Notes under the pieces: model-generated
What the model was told of the DNA's origin: nothing
Databases searched by the model: none
The model's input: the letters and a program-made list of their open reading frames with translations, nothing else
Part shown: positions 37,287 through 47,927 of the stretch, piece after piece
Layout of the letters: each line of letters starts with the position of its first letter
How positions within the stretch are numbered: position 1 is the first letter of the stretch
Translations under genes and position numbers: made by a program
Assembly: GCA_021323375.2 (NCBI GenBank)
Contig: JAJPCT020000002.1
Location: forward strand, 1-51,907
DNA from: Candidatus Wolframiiraptor gerlachensis
Lineage (GTDB): Archaea; Thermoproteota; Nitrososphaeria_A; Caldarchaeales; Wolframiiraptoraceae
Direction of reading: 5' to 3'
DNA: 51,907 bases

Positions 37287-37845
37287 AGAACTCCTTAACA
37301 GCTGTGAGCGCTATCCTGAATACCGAATCCTCGTCTAGGTTACTCGTGTCGAGGACTAGGTGGAATGGCTCGAAATCCTTTCCCAGCTCTACCCCATAGA
37401 TTCTCCGGTATAGCTCGGAGCTCTCTCTATCCCGCTTCTTCAGCATCTCCAGAGCCTCCTCGAATGAGATGCCGCTGCGCCTCGACACCCTCCTAGCCCT
37501 AACCTCGAGGCTCGCCTTGAGCCATATATTGAATCCGCCTCTATAGAGCCATGGTAGAACCCAGCTATCGATGACGACGTTACCTCTCTCGGCGAGCTCC
37601 ACGAGCTGTTGATCAACCTCTTTATCGAAGTCCGGGTTCCTTAGCCTCTCCTCGAGGAATCTTAGCCCATCGGCGGTCTCCCACCACTCCACGCCACCCG
37701 GCCTATATCCGCGTTTTATCGCCAGCAGCTTCAATCCATCCCCGCCCGAGATATAGGTGAGGTCTAGCGTCTTGGCGAGCCTTCTTCCAAGAGTGCTCTT
37801 GCCAGATCCGGCGAATCCACTGATGCAGATCACGATTCCTAGCAT
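37273..37845 (-). CDS. cmk: Cytidylate kinase (archaeal type)
   Basis: ISGFAGSGKST, DKEVD, RARRV, YRRIYG, LVLDTS. Confidence 0.9.
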   Translation of the reverse strand: MLGIVICISGFAGSGKSTLGRRLAKTLDLTYISGGDGLKLLAIKRGYRPGGVEWWETADGLRFLEERLRNPDFDKEVDQQLVELAERGNVVIDSWVLPWLYRGGFNIWLKASLEVRARRVSRRSGISFEEALEMLKKRDRESSELYRRIYGVELGKDFEPFHLVLDTSNLDEDSVFRIALTAVKEFFKLV

Positions 37846-37885
37846 CGTGAATCACCGTTCAACCAGCATCAAATAAACCAAACCG

Positions 37886-39094
37886 CTAGGGGACGTAGAG
37901 GAGGGGCTCCCTGCGGAACTCCTCAATCTTCATGAGCTGTTCAAGCCTCCTTAGAACCCTCTCACGGACCTCGACAGGCTTCATCCTCTCCCTCACAATC
38001 CTCCCACCCTTTACTAGTGGCTTGAGAAGAGGCTCAACACTATCACCGCATATGGGACACTTCTCGAGCCTCGCGTTGAATGGTGTTATTGTGTCATGCA
38101 GCTTCCCGCATCTATAAACCTGCTTCCTGCCGGGAAGCTTACCCTTCTTCGAGAACGGCCTCCCATCCACCTCAACAATATCCATGGCTAGGTCAATTGA
38201 TGGTGGGAAGGCTATTGAGGTTCCGACGCCGAAGCCGTCTGCTATATCGGCGAGCTCTCGAACTTGCTCCTCATCTAGCCCCCCGCTCACGAATATCTTG
38301 ACATGTTTGTAGCCTGCTAGATCGAGAGCCCATCTTGCCTCCTCCACGATCTTCCTCATGTTACCCCTTCTAGATCCTGGGGTATCGAATCTAACACCAT
38401 AAAGCCTCTCGCCCAGAGCCTCAGCCGCCATAAGGGCCTCGAAGCGCTCATCGGAGAGTGTGTCGCATAATGCTATCCTCGGGACATCGGGCGGCATAAT
38501 CCTGTCAAAGGCCTTCCATGCATCAGGCTGGTTTCCGAATATGAGGATGAGGGCGTGGGGCATTGTGCCGACGGGCTTGACGCCAGCGAGCTCCGCGCCC
38601 ATTATATTCGAGACGGCGTCGCATCCTCCTATCAGCGCATAGACATCGGCCATCGGCGCTATCGCGGGGTGAATAGACCTTATCCCGAAGAAGATGAGCA
38701 TCTTCCCATTCGCGGCGATCTTAAGCCTCGCGGCCTTCGTCGCTATGCTTGTGGCATGCCTGAGTATCCCGAGAAGACTAGACTCGTATATGCCATACTC
38801 GACGTATCTTCCATCTATCGCCATCACTGGCTCATAGACTCTGAAGAGCTCACCCTCCTCAACCGCGTAGACGTCGACATCCTTCCCCTCGAAAAGTGTT
38901 GCGGCCTCGTTAATGCCTGCGGCTATCGCCCAATCATATCCCCTTGGGAAACCATATGCATGGATCTCGGTGTATGCTCTGACATTCGTCTTGCCGGACT
39001 TCTCCAAGACCTCCTTGGTTCTGGCGAAATAAATATCGGTAACCCTGCCCGCCAAGATCTCCTCCTCGGAGGCTATATAGAGCTTCCTATCCAT
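37886..39094 (-). CDS. pncB: Nicotinate phosphoribosyltransferase
   Basis: TDIYF, FGIR, GTMPH, VRFDT, SGGLD, GFGVGT. Confidence 0.92.
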   Translation of the reverse strand: MDRKLYIASEEEILAGRVTDIYFARTKEVLEKSGKTNVRAYTEIHAYGFPRGYDWAIAAGINEAATLFEGKDVDVYAVEEGELFRVYEPVMAIDGRYVEYGIYESSLLGILRHATSIATKAARLKIAANGKMLIFFGIRSIHPAIAPMADVYALIGGCDAVSNIMGAELAGVKPVGTMPHALILIFGNQPDAWKAFDRIMPPDVPRIALCDTLSDERFEALMAAEALGERLYGVRFDTPGSRRGNMRKIVEEARWALDLAGYKHVKIFVSGGLDEEQVRELADIADGFGVGTSIAFPPSIDLAMDIVEVDGRPFSKKGKLPGRKQVYRCGKLHDTITPFNARLEKCPICGDSVEPLLKPLVKGGRIVRERMKPVEVRERVLRRLEQLMKIEEFRREPLLYVP

Positions 39095-39097
39095 GTG

Positions 39098-39727
39098 CTA
39101 CACCTCGAACCTGAGCCTTTCTACTGTTGTAAGCTCCGCCTTAAGGATCGCGCTCATGAACCTGAGAGATGCGATATGATCGAATTCATGGATCGTGAAT
39201 ATCGCGTCGATCGGCACAACCAGCTTGTATCCTCTTATGGCGCCGCCGATGGCGGTGCAGAGGACGCATATATTCCCCAGCAACCCCGTCAATATCAGAG
39301 TCTTAATGTTCTTCGATCTAAGAATATGGTCGAGCGGGGTCGAGTAGAAGGCATCATAGCTCAGCTTCCTAATCCTTATCTCGCCATCAGCTGGCTTGAG
39401 CTCATCAACGATCTCTGCGCCCCACGTCCCCTCAACAGCATGTTCACCCCAGATCTTGAACTCTGGATCATCTTTAACATGCCAGTCTTGGGTATAGATC
39501 ACGGTGGCGCCGGCTTTTCTCGCGGATGATAGGAGGCGCTTAATCGGCTGGATGATCCCCTCAGCACCCTTTGCATAAAGCTTCCCAGAGGGGTTCGCGA
39601 AATCATTCTGAACATCTATTATCAATAGAGCGGACTCCACTGGCTTAACAACGACATCCCTGACCTCGAGCCTTTCTGGGAGCTTCAATGCCTCGGGAAA
39701 GCTCGTCATTAATAAGCCCTCTAGCAT
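39098..39727 (-). CDS. pncA: Isochorismatase-family cysteine hydrolase, probable nicotinamidase
   Basis: IIDVQNDF, DWH, H..GTWGAE, K, NICV; directly upstream of pncB; start may be 39709. Confidence 0.8.
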   Translation of the reverse strand: MLEGLLMTSFPEALKLPERLEVRDVVVKPVESALLIIDVQNDFANPSGKLYAKGAEGIIQPIKRLLSSARKAGATVIYTQDWHVKDDPEFKIWGEHAVEGTWGAEIVDELKPADGEIRIRKLSYDAFYSTPLDHILRSKNIKTLILTGLLGNICVLCTAIGGAIRGYKLVVPIDAIFTIHEFDHIASLRFMSAILKAELTTVERLRFEV

Positions 39728-39809
39728 AGTTTACAGCCGTGAAAATAACTTTTGCGGAATACCTTGAAGGCGGGAGGGCTTATATTTAGGATGGAGAGGC
39801 TTCCCTGTA

Positions 39810-39995
39810 ATGAGTAGTGGTGAGGAGATAGTACTGCCGCTCTGTACCTCATGTAAGAAGCCTATAGAGCCTCATGAACATGCGGTCAAGTTTCCATGCC
39901 CGAACTGCGGCAAGGTTATCATCTGGCGATGCAGGCTATGCAGGGAGCTCGCAAAACCCTATATCTGCCCCTCATGCGGATTTATGGGACCATGA
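39810..39995 (+). CDS. Zn-ribbon RNA-binding protein (DUF1610/HVO_2753 family)
   Basis: [28 protein letters not shown]; upstream of EF-1beta. Confidence 0.9.
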   Translation: MSSGEEIVLPLCTSCKKPIEPHEHAVKFPCPNCGKVIIWRCRLCRELAKPYICPSCGFMGP

Positions 39996-40007
39996 GGTGA
40001 TTCATAT

Positions 40008-40274
40008 ATGGCTAAGGTGGCGATTATAGCGGAGATAATGCCCGAAGACCCCGAGATGGACCTAGACCAGCTCATCGAGAGGATAAGAAGTAGCCTCCCC
40101 CAAGATTTCGAGCTAAAGCAGGTGGAGACCAAGCCTGTCGCCTTCGGCCTAAAACTGGTGAGAGCCATGTTCGTGCTCCCCGAGAGAGAGGGCTCATCAG
40201 AAATTCTTGAGAAGGTCTTAAGCCAGGTGGAGGGGGTTCAGGAGGTAAACATAGTCGCATCAACTAGGATATAG
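40008..40274 (+). CDS. ef1b: Elongation factor 1-beta
   Basis: IMPEDPEMDL, PVAFGLK. Confidence 0.93.
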   Translation: MAKVAIIAEIMPEDPEMDLDQLIERIRSSLPQDFELKQVETKPVAFGLKLVRAMFVLPEREGSSEILEKVLSQVEGVQEVNIVASTRI

Positions 40275-40339
40275 CCTGCCTTAGAATGCGCTATTGTGAC
40301 TTAAATAGTGGCTGAGCATCTATTGATAGCGCGGAATAA

Positions 40340-42514
40340 ATGAGTCCACGCGAGTTGCGTCTGAGAGTTGTCGAGGCCCGCCAGAGAGACGTGGGATATG
40401 GGATAGCGAGGATTGACCGGGAGGTTGGGGCCGCGGCGGGATTCCAGACAGGAGATGTGGTGGAGATTATTGGGAGGAAGGTTACCGCCGCAACCCTTTG
40501 GCTCGGCTACATGGAGGATGAGAAGGACGCGATCAGGATTGATGGTTATATCAGGAATAATGCCGGAGTATCCTTGAATGAATGGGTTACGATTCGCGAG
40601 GCTAAGGTTAGTGAGGCCCAGCTCGTCGTTCTCGCCCCAATAAACTCCTCGATAAAGCCTGATGAGAATTTCACGAGGCTTGTTAAGAGCAGGTTGATCG
40701 AGTACCCGATAGTGCAGAAGAACGTTATCCCCGTAATGTTCTTTGGAAACCTTTTCACGTTCGCGGTCCTGCAGACCAAGCCTCAGGGCGTCGTCAAGAT
40801 AACGCCGAGAACCAGGCTCATAATACACTCGAAGGCGATGCAGGAGAAAGTCCTGAAGACTACGGTCACCTACGAGGATATAGGAGGATTGCATGAGCAG
40901 ATACAGAGGATAAGGGAGATGATAGAGCTGCCGCTCCGCTATCCGGAGCTATTTCAGAAGCTGGGGATAGAGCCGCCGAAGGGAGTCCTTCTCTATGGCC
41001 CGCCTGGATGCGGTAAGACGCTTCTAGCTAAGGCCGTGGCTACAGAGGCTGAGGCGAACTTCATACTTGTAAATGGTCCGGAGATTATGAACAAGTACTA
41101 TGGTGAGAGTGAGGCGAGGCTGAGGGAGATCTTTAGGAAGGCAGAGGAGAATGCCCCATCAATAATATTCATCGATGAGATCGATGCCATTGCGCCGAAG
41201 AGGAGCGAGGTTACGGGTGAGGTTGAGAAGAGGGTTGTAGCCCAGCTTCTAGCCCTGATGGATGGCCTCGAGAGTAGGGGGCAGGTGATAGTCATAGGGG
41301 CGACGAATAGGCCTAATGCCCTCGACCCAGCCCTCAGAAGGCCTGGGAGATTCGATCGTGAGATCGAGATAGGGATTCCAGATAGGAATGCGAGGAGAGA
41401 GATACTCCAGATACATACCCGGGGTATGCCGCTATCGGAGGATGTTGATCTTGATAGGCTCGCCGAGATCACTAAGGGCTATACGGGCGCTGATCTCGCA
41501 GCTCTTTGCAGGGAGGCAGCGATGAAGGCTATCAGGAGGATTCTACCGAGCATAGACTTCTCGGAGGAGAGGATACCGCCGGAGATACTGGATAAACTTG
41601 TGGTTACCATGAAGGACTTCCTAGACGCTTTCAAAGAGATAACACCGACAGCGCTCAGGGAGATAGAGATCGAAATACCGAATGTCCGCTGGGAGGATAT
41701 TGGCGGGCTCGAGGATGTCAAGCGCCAGCTCGTGGAGTCGATAGAGTGGCCGTTAAAATATCCGGAGAAGTTCGAGAGAATGGGGATAAAGCCTCCAAAG
41801 GGAATACTGCTTTACGGGCCGCCAGGATGCGGAAAGACTATGCTCGCAAAGGCCGTGGCCACGGAGGCCGAGGCAAACTTCATATCGGTCAAGGGCCCCG
41901 AGATCTTCAACAAGTGGGTCGGAGAATCGGAGAAGGCCGTCAGGGAGATCTTTAGAAAGGCTAGACAGGCAGCACCATGTATAATCTTCTTCGACGAGAT
42001 AGAGTCCGTCGTTACGAGGAAGGATCTTGCAGAGGATTCATCCGGCGTCTCCAGCAGGGTGACAAGCCAGATCCTCGCAGAGATGGATGGAATTGAGGAG
42101 CTGACGGACGTGATAGTCATAGGAGCCACTAATAGACCCGACCTACTCGACCCCGCGATATTAAGACCCGGTAGATTCGATAAACTGATCTACGTGCCTC
42201 CACCAGATGAGAAGTCGAGATATCAGATTCTGAAAATATACACGAGGAAGATGCCGCTCGCGCCGGATGTCTCGCTCAAGGAGCTGGCCATGAGGACGGA
42301 GATGTATAGCGGGGCTGATTTGGCTGCCCTATGCAGGGAGGCGGCGATGAACGCGCTTAGAAGGAATCTTGACGCCGAGTATGTGACGAGGCAGGACTTC
42401 GAGCAGGCCCTAGAGATCGTTAAGCCCAGCATAACGCCGCAGCTCCTAAAGGAGTATGAGCGGATGAGCGAGATGATAAGATACAGGAAGGAGCAGCTGA
42501 CGATGATAGGATGA
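40340..42514 (+). CDS. cdc48: CDC48/VAT AAA+ ATPase
   Basis: N-domain plus two AAA modules [22 protein letters not shown]. Confidence 0.96.
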   Translation: MSPRELRLRVVEARQRDVGYGIARIDREVGAAAGFQTGDVVEIIGRKVTAATLWLGYMEDEKDAIRIDGYIRNNAGVSLNEWVTIREAKVSEAQLVVLAPINSSIKPDENFTRLVKSRLIEYPIVQKNVIPVMFFGNLFTFAVLQTKPQGVVKITPRTRLIIHSKAMQEKVLKTTVTYEDIGGLHEQIQRIREMIELPLRYPELFQKLGIEPPKGVLLYGPPGCGKTLLAKAVATEAEANFILVNGPEIMNKYYGESEARLREIFRKAEENAPSIIFIDEIDAIAPKRSEVTGEVEKRVVAQLLALMDGLESRGQVIVIGATNRPNALDPALRRPGRFDREIEIGIPDRNARREILQIHTRGMPLSEDVDLDRLAEITKGYTGADLAALCREAAMKAIRRILPSIDFSEERIPPEILDKLVVTMKDFLDAFKEITPTALREIEIEIPNVRWEDIGGLEDVKRQLVESIEWPLKYPEKFERMGIKPPKGILLYGPPGCGKTMLAKAVATEAEANFISVKGPEIFNKWVGESEKAVREIFRKARQAAPCIIFFDEIESVVTRKDLAEDSSGVSSRVTSQILAEMDGIEELTDVIVIGATNRPDLLDPAILRPGRFDKLIYVPPPDEKSRYQILKIYTRKMPLAPDVSLKELAMRTEMYSGADLAALCREAAMNALRRNLDAEYVTRQDFEQALEIVKPSITPQLLKEYERMSEMIRYRKEQLTMIG

Positions 42515-42521
42515 GGAGGAC

Positions 42522-42794
42522 ATGTCGGGGAGAGAGTATAGCAGGAAGCTGGTTAGGCCTGGGAGCGAGATCTACTCGAGGATAATAGAGGTCTTAGAGA
42601 AGCTTGGCGGTAAAGCGATGGAGTCAAACCTTCTCGAGGAACTTAAGAAGAGGGGCTTCGATGTCAGCCTACCCGAGCTAAGAAACATGCTGATGAAGCT
42701 CGAAATAAGGGATAAGGTCAGAGTCCTCAGCCTAGATGAGGAGAGAAGGGTCGTCGAGCTCCTAGTAAGGCTTAGAAGCCCTGAGAAGGCCTAG
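42522..42794 (+). CDS. Small winged-helix-like hypothetical protein
   Basis: ELRNMLMKLEIRDKVRV pattern; apparently co-transcribed with cdc48. Confidence 0.65.
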   Translation: MSGREYSRKLVRPGSEIYSRIIEVLEKLGGKAMESNLLEELKKRGFDVSLPELRNMLMKLEIRDKVRVLSLDEERRVVELLVRLRSPEKA

Positions 42795-43825
42795 AACCAC
42801 TGATCAAGGCTTGTAACGCCCCTAGTCTTCTTGAGTGCCTCCTCGAGCTCCTTCAAGGCCTTCTCAACCCTCTCCTCGGAGAAGTCATGCTCATCACACA
42901 GCATCCTCTTAACACCATCACGATCAATCTCCCTCCACTCGATCCTATAATCCGTCGTGACATCCGGGTTTAGGAATATGCGCCTAATCTCCTCGGGATC
43001 AACATCAAGGGTTTTCCCAATAGCCTTTAGAGCCTTCTCAGCCGATCCATAAGTCTTGATGAGCTTTAGCGCGGTCTTAGGCCCAACGCCCTTAACACCC
43101 TCACAGTAATCAGTCCCAACAAGTATCGCGATATCTATTAGCTGCTCCCTAGTTATTCCAAGTCCCTGAAGCAGCTTATCGAGATATATCAGCTCCGGCT
43201 CAACCTCCACATACTCCTTTCTCCCGGGGAGCTTTCTTCTGCCCACGATCGAGAGGTTCCTCACAAGCCTCGGCGATCCGAAGAGGAGCGAGTCGAAATC
43301 CTGTGAGCCGGATGCATAGGCATCCCCCCTCATCGCTATGTATGCTGCCTGGGCCTCCCCCTCACTCGGAGCCTGCACCACGGGTATGCCCATGAGGCTT
43401 AGGAGCTTTTTCGAGCTCTCGACTATGAACTCGTTGAGGGTCGCGGCCTGCTTAGCATATTTCTGGGCCTCTTCGAGCCTCCCCTCGGCAAGAGCCTGTT
43501 CATAGAGCTTCTGGGCCTCCAGCCTCCTCTCACTCCTCTCCTCAACCGTCGCCCTCTTCAGCTCAGGAGGCCTCCCATCATAGACAAAGACCGGCCTTAT
43601 CCCGATCTTGAGGAGATTTATCGTCCTGAAGAATAACCCGCTGAGGTGGCTCGTGATCCTCCCATGCCTATCCATGAGGGGCCTCCCATCCTGGCCCCGG
43701 ATAATAGTGATGAACTGGTAGAGCGCGTTATACGCGTCAAGGGCTATCGCCTTGCCGCCGAGAGACTCTAGGGTAACCGTCTCAACCGCAGTCTCCGGGA
43801 TTATCTCCCTAATCTTGACCCCCAT
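42791..43825 (-). CDS. fen: Flap endonuclease 1
   Basis: DAYNALYQF, TSHLSGLF, APSEGEAQAA, GTDY, C-terminal PIP box TSLDQWF. Confidence 0.96.
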   Translation of the reverse strand: MGVKIREIIPETAVETVTLESLGGKAIALDAYNALYQFITIIRGQDGRPLMDRHGRITSHLSGLFFRTINLLKIGIRPVFVYDGRPPELKRATVEERSERRLEAQKLYEQALAEGRLEEAQKYAKQAATLNEFIVESSKKLLSLMGIPVVQAPSEGEAQAAYIAMRGDAYASGSQDFDSLLFGSPRLVRNLSIVGRRKLPGRKEYVEVEPELIYLDKLLQGLGITREQLIDIAILVGTDYCEGVKGVGPKTALKLIKTYGSAEKALKAIGKTLDVDPEEIRRIFLNPDVTTDYRIEWREIDRDGVKRMLCDEHDFSEERVEKALKELEEALKKTRGVTSLDQWF

Positions 43826-43868
43826 CCCAGCCCTCCCGGAGAAGAATGCTCGCGAGGCCGTATAAACG

Positions 43869-44921
43869 TTAGGAGATCTTCCTCAGATCTAGGGCGAAGA
43901 TGCTCCTCCTCGGGGCAACCTCCATGACCTCCCTGCCAAACTCTATCTCCACCACGTGTTTTAGCTCCAGCGCTTTATCCGCTACGATGCGAGACGCCTC
44001 CTCAAGTGATCGGGAGACCATATAGAGGTGTATAATTCCGCGGCGCCTACAGGCTCTAAGCCCCACATCGAGAAACTCTAGAGATCGATATGGCAGATCC
44101 ATTATCACGCGATCATGCTCCTCGTAAGAATTCTCGAGCACTTCCCGGGCATCGCCAAGCACGGGCGTCACCCGATCCTCAACCTTATTCAGCTTCAGGT
44201 TCTCAAGGAGATACTTGTATGCATCTGGGTTGATCTCCACCGCGACGATCCTCGCAGATGGTTGGAGCTTTGCTATGAGTATCGAGAATGGGCCTACGCC
44301 CGCGAACATGTCCAGCACCCTCTCGCCGGCCGCGACCTGCCGGGCGATACGAAGCCTCTCTCCCGAGAGCCTAGGATTGAAGAAAACCCTCCTCAAGTCG
44401 AGCTTATAGATGCATCCATGCTCTCTGTAGATCGTCTCCGTGCTTCCTGAGCCCGCGACAACTTCAACATCCCTTATCCTATAATCGCCGGTGGTCTCGC
44501 CCTTCACCAAGACCATTCTAGCCCTAGGATGTAGGCGTAGTAAAGCCTCCCCGATCTCGCGAGCATAACTCCTCAGCTCATCATTAAGATCAACGAGTAT
44601 CAGGTCTCCTATGATGTCATAGGATGATGGAAGCTTGTCAAGAATGCTGCTTGGAAGCTTTCCAGCGAGATACTCCTTAAGGGATCTCGGCCTTCTCGCC
44701 CTCACCTCGAATAATGCTTGAGTAAGTTCCCCGCCAAGCTCCTCCACAAGCCCGTGCACCTCTTCAAGCCTCTTCAGGGGAAAGAAGACGAATCCATTCT
44801 CCTCAAAGGGCTTTAATGACTCATCCAGAGTACCCATCGCGATAAGTCTTCTCCTAAGCTCCTCAGCCCTACATCTATGCACCTTAACGGCCTCTCGAAG
44901 GATCTTCTTGGATCCATTCAA
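43869..44921 (-). CDS. trm5: tRNA (guanine37-N1)-methyltransferase Trm5/Taw2 family
   Basis: SYDIIGD, FNPRLSGER, DMFAGVGPF, EINP, IMDLP. Confidence 0.87.
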   Translation of the reverse strand: MNGSKKILREAVKVHRCRAEELRRRLIAMGTLDESLKPFEENGFVFFPLKRLEEVHGLVEELGGELTQALFEVRARRPRSLKEYLAGKLPSSILDKLPSSYDIIGDLILVDLNDELRSYAREIGEALLRLHPRARMVLVKGETTGDYRIRDVEVVAGSGSTETIYREHGCIYKLDLRRVFFNPRLSGERLRIARQVAAGERVLDMFAGVGPFSILIAKLQPSARIVAVEINPDAYKYLLENLKLNKVEDRVTPVLGDAREVLENSYEEHDRVIMDLPYRSLEFLDVGLRACRRRGIIHLYMVSRSLEEASRIVADKALELKHVVEIEFGREVMEVAPRRSIFALDLRKIS

Positions 44922-44924
44922 GGC

Positions 44925-46286
44925 CTATTCTTCTCCCTTCCCAAGCGCCTCCTTCAGTAGCTTCTCAGCCTTCTCCACGACCTCGACCGCATCTCTCCCG
45001 AAGACTAGTATCATGGGCTCCTTGCCCCAGTCGCCCTCATGATAAATGATGTCCGGGACTCTTCCCCCAGCCCTCTTAATCGCCTCCCCGACGCCCCATG
45101 GTATCGTGCCACCCTCAATCCTCTTAACATCTTCAGGCTCCAGCCTCCTATCATAGTAGCTGATTATCCAGCCAAGCCTCCTCGCCGCATCTATGAACCT
45201 CGGATCATATCTGATGTTAATCGCCGCCCTCTTCCCCGGATCATTCTCAAGTGCCCTTAGCAGGGCTCTTGCAACATGCCGTGAAGCTGAGAACCATGGA
45301 TGATCTGAGGCCCTCGGCCCATCCGGGTGCCTCACGATCCTCCCTGGGACTCCAGCCACCTCCTCAAGGCTCCTCGCACCCGGGATAGCCATGCAGAGAT
45401 TCATCTGGCACTCCGGGATAGCCTCTATGAAGAGCCTACTTTCCTCAATTCTCCTAACAGCTTCCCTCATAGCCTCCAAGACCCTAAATTTCTCAGCATC
45501 CCTCAGAAGCCTTCCAACAGGATTTACGGGGCCGCTCCCAGCACCAACCTGAAAACCATATCTAATAGCATCGGTTACAAATCTCTTCGCATTCTCCACG
45601 GCTTCGAATATGCTCCTCCTCTTGGCGAGCTCGGCGGCTATAGCGGATGCGAACGTGCATCCAGTTCCATGAGTTGTCCTCGCTTTGATCCTCTCAGCCT
45701 CATAGATCTTGAACTCGCCCTCGAAGTATAGGACGTCAATTGCCTTCTCTCCCTCAACATGCCCCCCCTTAACAACCACGCCTCTCGCCCCGAGCTCCGA
45801 GATAATCTTCGCTGCCCTCTTCTGCGACTCTAGATCCCTGATCCTAATCCCGGATAATGCCTCAGCCTCGAGCGCGTTAGGCGTGACGATATATGCAAGC
45901 GGTATGAGCTCCTCGACCAGAGCCTTGACAGCATCCTCTTTCAGGAGCCGCGCACCGCTCTTCGCGATCATCACGGGATCAACGACGATCGGCGCGCCGA
46001 TACCCCTCAGCTCAGACGCGACGGCCCCTATAATCTCGGATGTATGAAGCATCCCCGTCTTGATCGCGTCGACACCGATATCCCTGGCCACGACCCTTAT
46101 CTGCTCCCTTATCAGCTCCACGGGCAGGTCATAGACCATAGTTACCTCAACCGTGTTCTGCGCGGTTATCGAGGTTATCGCGCTCATCCCATGGACGCCG
46201 AGAGCAGCGAATGTCTTGAGATCAGCCTGTATGCCGGCGCCACCCCCCGAGTCAGAACCAGCAATAGTCAAGGCTCTCGGTATCAT
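44925..46286 (-). CDS. thiDN: Bifunctional HMP/HMP-P kinase - thiamine-phosphate synthase ThiDN
   Basis: [25 protein letters not shown]; C-terminal ThiN (PGRI, SRHVA, WGKEPMI). Confidence 0.93.
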   Translation of the reverse strand: MIPRALTIAGSDSGGGAGIQADLKTFAALGVHGMSAITSITAQNTVEVTMVYDLPVELIREQIRVVARDIGVDAIKTGMLHTSEIIGAVASELRGIGAPIVVDPVMIAKSGARLLKEDAVKALVEELIPLAYIVTPNALEAEALSGIRIRDLESQKRAAKIISELGARGVVVKGGHVEGEKAIDVLYFEGEFKIYEAERIKARTTHGTGCTFASAIAAELAKRRSIFEAVENAKRFVTDAIRYGFQVGAGSGPVNPVGRLLRDAEKFRVLEAMREAVRRIEESRLFIEAIPECQMNLCMAIPGARSLEEVAGVPGRIVRHPDGPRASDHPWFSASRHVARALLRALENDPGKRAAINIRYDPRFIDAARRLGWIISYYDRRLEPEDVKRIEGGTIPWGVGEAIKRAGGRVPDIIYHEGDWGKEPMILVFGRDAVEVVEKAEKLLKEALGKGEE

Positions 46287-46320
46287 CGAGGATAAGCTCG
46301 ATAATTCGAGGCTTTAAGCT

Positions 46321-46863
46321 TTAGAGATTGACGATGATGTCCATATGCTCCTTGATTTTCGAGAGCCCATGTTTCTCCCGCGCCGTCACCCCGGAGCCCT
46401 TATCATCCTCTAGGGCCATGCCCTCATAGGCGGTCGCGGCAAATGTCTCACATAGGTCGAGCAGGCGCAATATATCATCCGGGTCACCCGCATGAAGATA
46501 GATTGTCAGATCGTTGACCAAGAGTATTCTCGTGGGGTTTCGAGCATAATTATCAAGGAGCCTCCTCGCCTCCATTAAATTCATCTCCGCATAATGGAGA
46601 ACTTCATGCGCATCCTTGCCGAGAAGTCTCGGTGGATAAACCTTGCTGGGTCTCATATATCTTAGACCCCGAACCCCGGGATAATATGATTCCACGGATC
46701 TCCCAATGCCACCATACTCTGGCGCGAGATCTATTATCGTAACATCACCTTCCAGCCCCCTATCAATGAGAAATTTGAGAAAGCTCGTCAATAGCTTCGT
46801 CTTGCCAACGCCCACCTCGCCGCATATGAGAACCCTTCTACCAAGGAGCTTATCGAAGTTCAC
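46321..46863 (-). CDS. Uncharacterised small P-loop NTPase
   Basis: Walker A GEVGVGKT, IIDLAPE, LLVND. Confidence 0.7.
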   Translation of the reverse strand: MNFDKLLGRRVLICGEVGVGKTKLLTSFLKFLIDRGLEGDVTIIDLAPEYGGIGRSVESYYPGVRGLRYMRPSKVYPPRLLGKDAHEVLHYAEMNLMEARRLLDNYARNPTRILLVNDLTIYLHAGDPDDILRLLDLCETFAATAYEGMALEDDKGSGVTAREKHGLSKIKEHMDIIVNL

Positions 46864-46896
46864 GTTCTCCCCATCCCAAGAGCCCCGGGCCGAATA

Positions 46897-46910
46897 ATGG
46901 TTATAACCAT
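46897..46910. promoter_or_regulatory. Perfect 14-bp palindrome ATGGTTATAACCAT in the thi divergent promoter
   Basis: Self-complementary; contains TTATAA; lies between the NTPase-thiDN unit and thiW. Confidence 0.55.
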
Positions 46911-46923
46911 GTTTTCGCGGGGG

Positions 46924-47535
46924 ATGGCTGGGGAAGCAGTCTTGAGTGTTTTGGCAACAAAGAGGCTCTCACTCTTCATCGTGCTCGTGTCTTTCGGCGT
47001 CATCATAGCACCCCTGCTCTGGTTCCCATTCTTCACTACGAAGGCTTATCCCGGCCAGCACCTGATAAATGCTCTCGCAGGGGTGATGCTTGGACCGTGG
47101 TGGGCGGCGGCCGCGGCCATCCTGATAGGGATCATAAGAAACATCCTCGGGATCGGGACCGTCTACGCCTTTCCCGGGGGGATCCCAGGAGGGGTTGTTG
47201 TGGGCCTCGTCCATCTCCTAACGCGCAGGTCCAAGAGGCCGGCGATAAGGTATCTCGCAGCCCTTACAGAGCCGATCGGAACAGTGCTGATAGGCGGGAC
47301 ATTATCGCTCGTCATGGTAGCCCCAATCATCGGAGATCCACGGCTCCTCGGCGCGGTAGAGCACTATGGGCTCTGGCACTTCCTCCCAATCTTCTGGTCG
47401 GGCTGGGCGCTAAGCTCGATCCCGGGCTCCATCGCGGGCTATCTCATATTGCTGGCCTTAGATAGGATCGGTGTCATGAGCCGGATACCCGTGCTTCAAG
47501 CGGCCGTTCAGGCCACACGAATAGATCGCTCGTGA
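46924..47535 (+). CDS. thiW: ECF transporter S-component ThiW
   Basis: YPGQHLINALAGVMLGP, IRNILGIGTVYAFPG, EPIGT; start uncertain (46897, 46924 or 46942). Confidence 0.88.
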   Translation: MAGEAVLSVLATKRLSLFIVLVSFGVIIAPLLWFPFFTTKAYPGQHLINALAGVMLGPWWAAAAAILIGIIRNILGIGTVYAFPGGIPGGVVVGLVHLLTRRSKRPAIRYLAALTEPIGTVLIGGTLSLVMVAPIIGDPRLLGAVEHYGLWHFLPIFWSGWALSSIPGSIAGYLILLALDRIGVMSRIPVLQAAVQATRIDRS

Positions 47536-47923
47536 AGAAGTTTGTTAGGGTTCCAATCCCTATCGCGAGTATGTATGATATCGTAACTGGTATGCCGAGT
47601 ATGTATGCGAGGAGGTAGTGGGAGACCATGGTCGCGAGGAATCCCAGTAGCCTCGATGCGTGGAAGTAGAGTATTCTCAGGTGGAGCTTCAGGGTTCTCC
47701 TGCCCCTGAATGTCCAGAGATCATTCCAGATGAAGTTGCTGATTATCGCGGTCTCCACGCCTATGGCAAGCGAGATGATGTCGCTTAGACCGGCGATATA
47801 GCACGCATACGAGACACCATAGTTGATGATCACGCCGCTCGCGCCCACTATGCTGAACTTGAGGAATGTCGTCGAGAAGATCTTCTTCCTAGTCCATTCT
47901 ATGATCCTCCTGATCGCACTCAT
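47474..47923 (-). CDS. GtrA-like membrane protein
   Basis: FLKFSIVGASG, NFIWNDLWTF, NF..FVW. Confidence 0.85.
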   Translation of the reverse strand: MSAIRRIIEWTRKKIFSTTFLKFSIVGASGVIINYGVSYACYIAGLSDIISLAIGVETAIISNFIWNDLWTFRGRRTLKLHLRILYFHASRLLGFLATMVSHYLLAYILGIPVTISYILAIGIGTLTNFFTSDLFVWPERPLEARVSGS

Positions 47924-47927
47924 CCCG

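Noticed and set aside
38555-39529. 324-aa ORF
   Set aside because: Antisense to pncB/pncA, no recognisable motifs
40301-40894. 197-aa minus-strand ORF
   Set aside because: Antisense to cdc48
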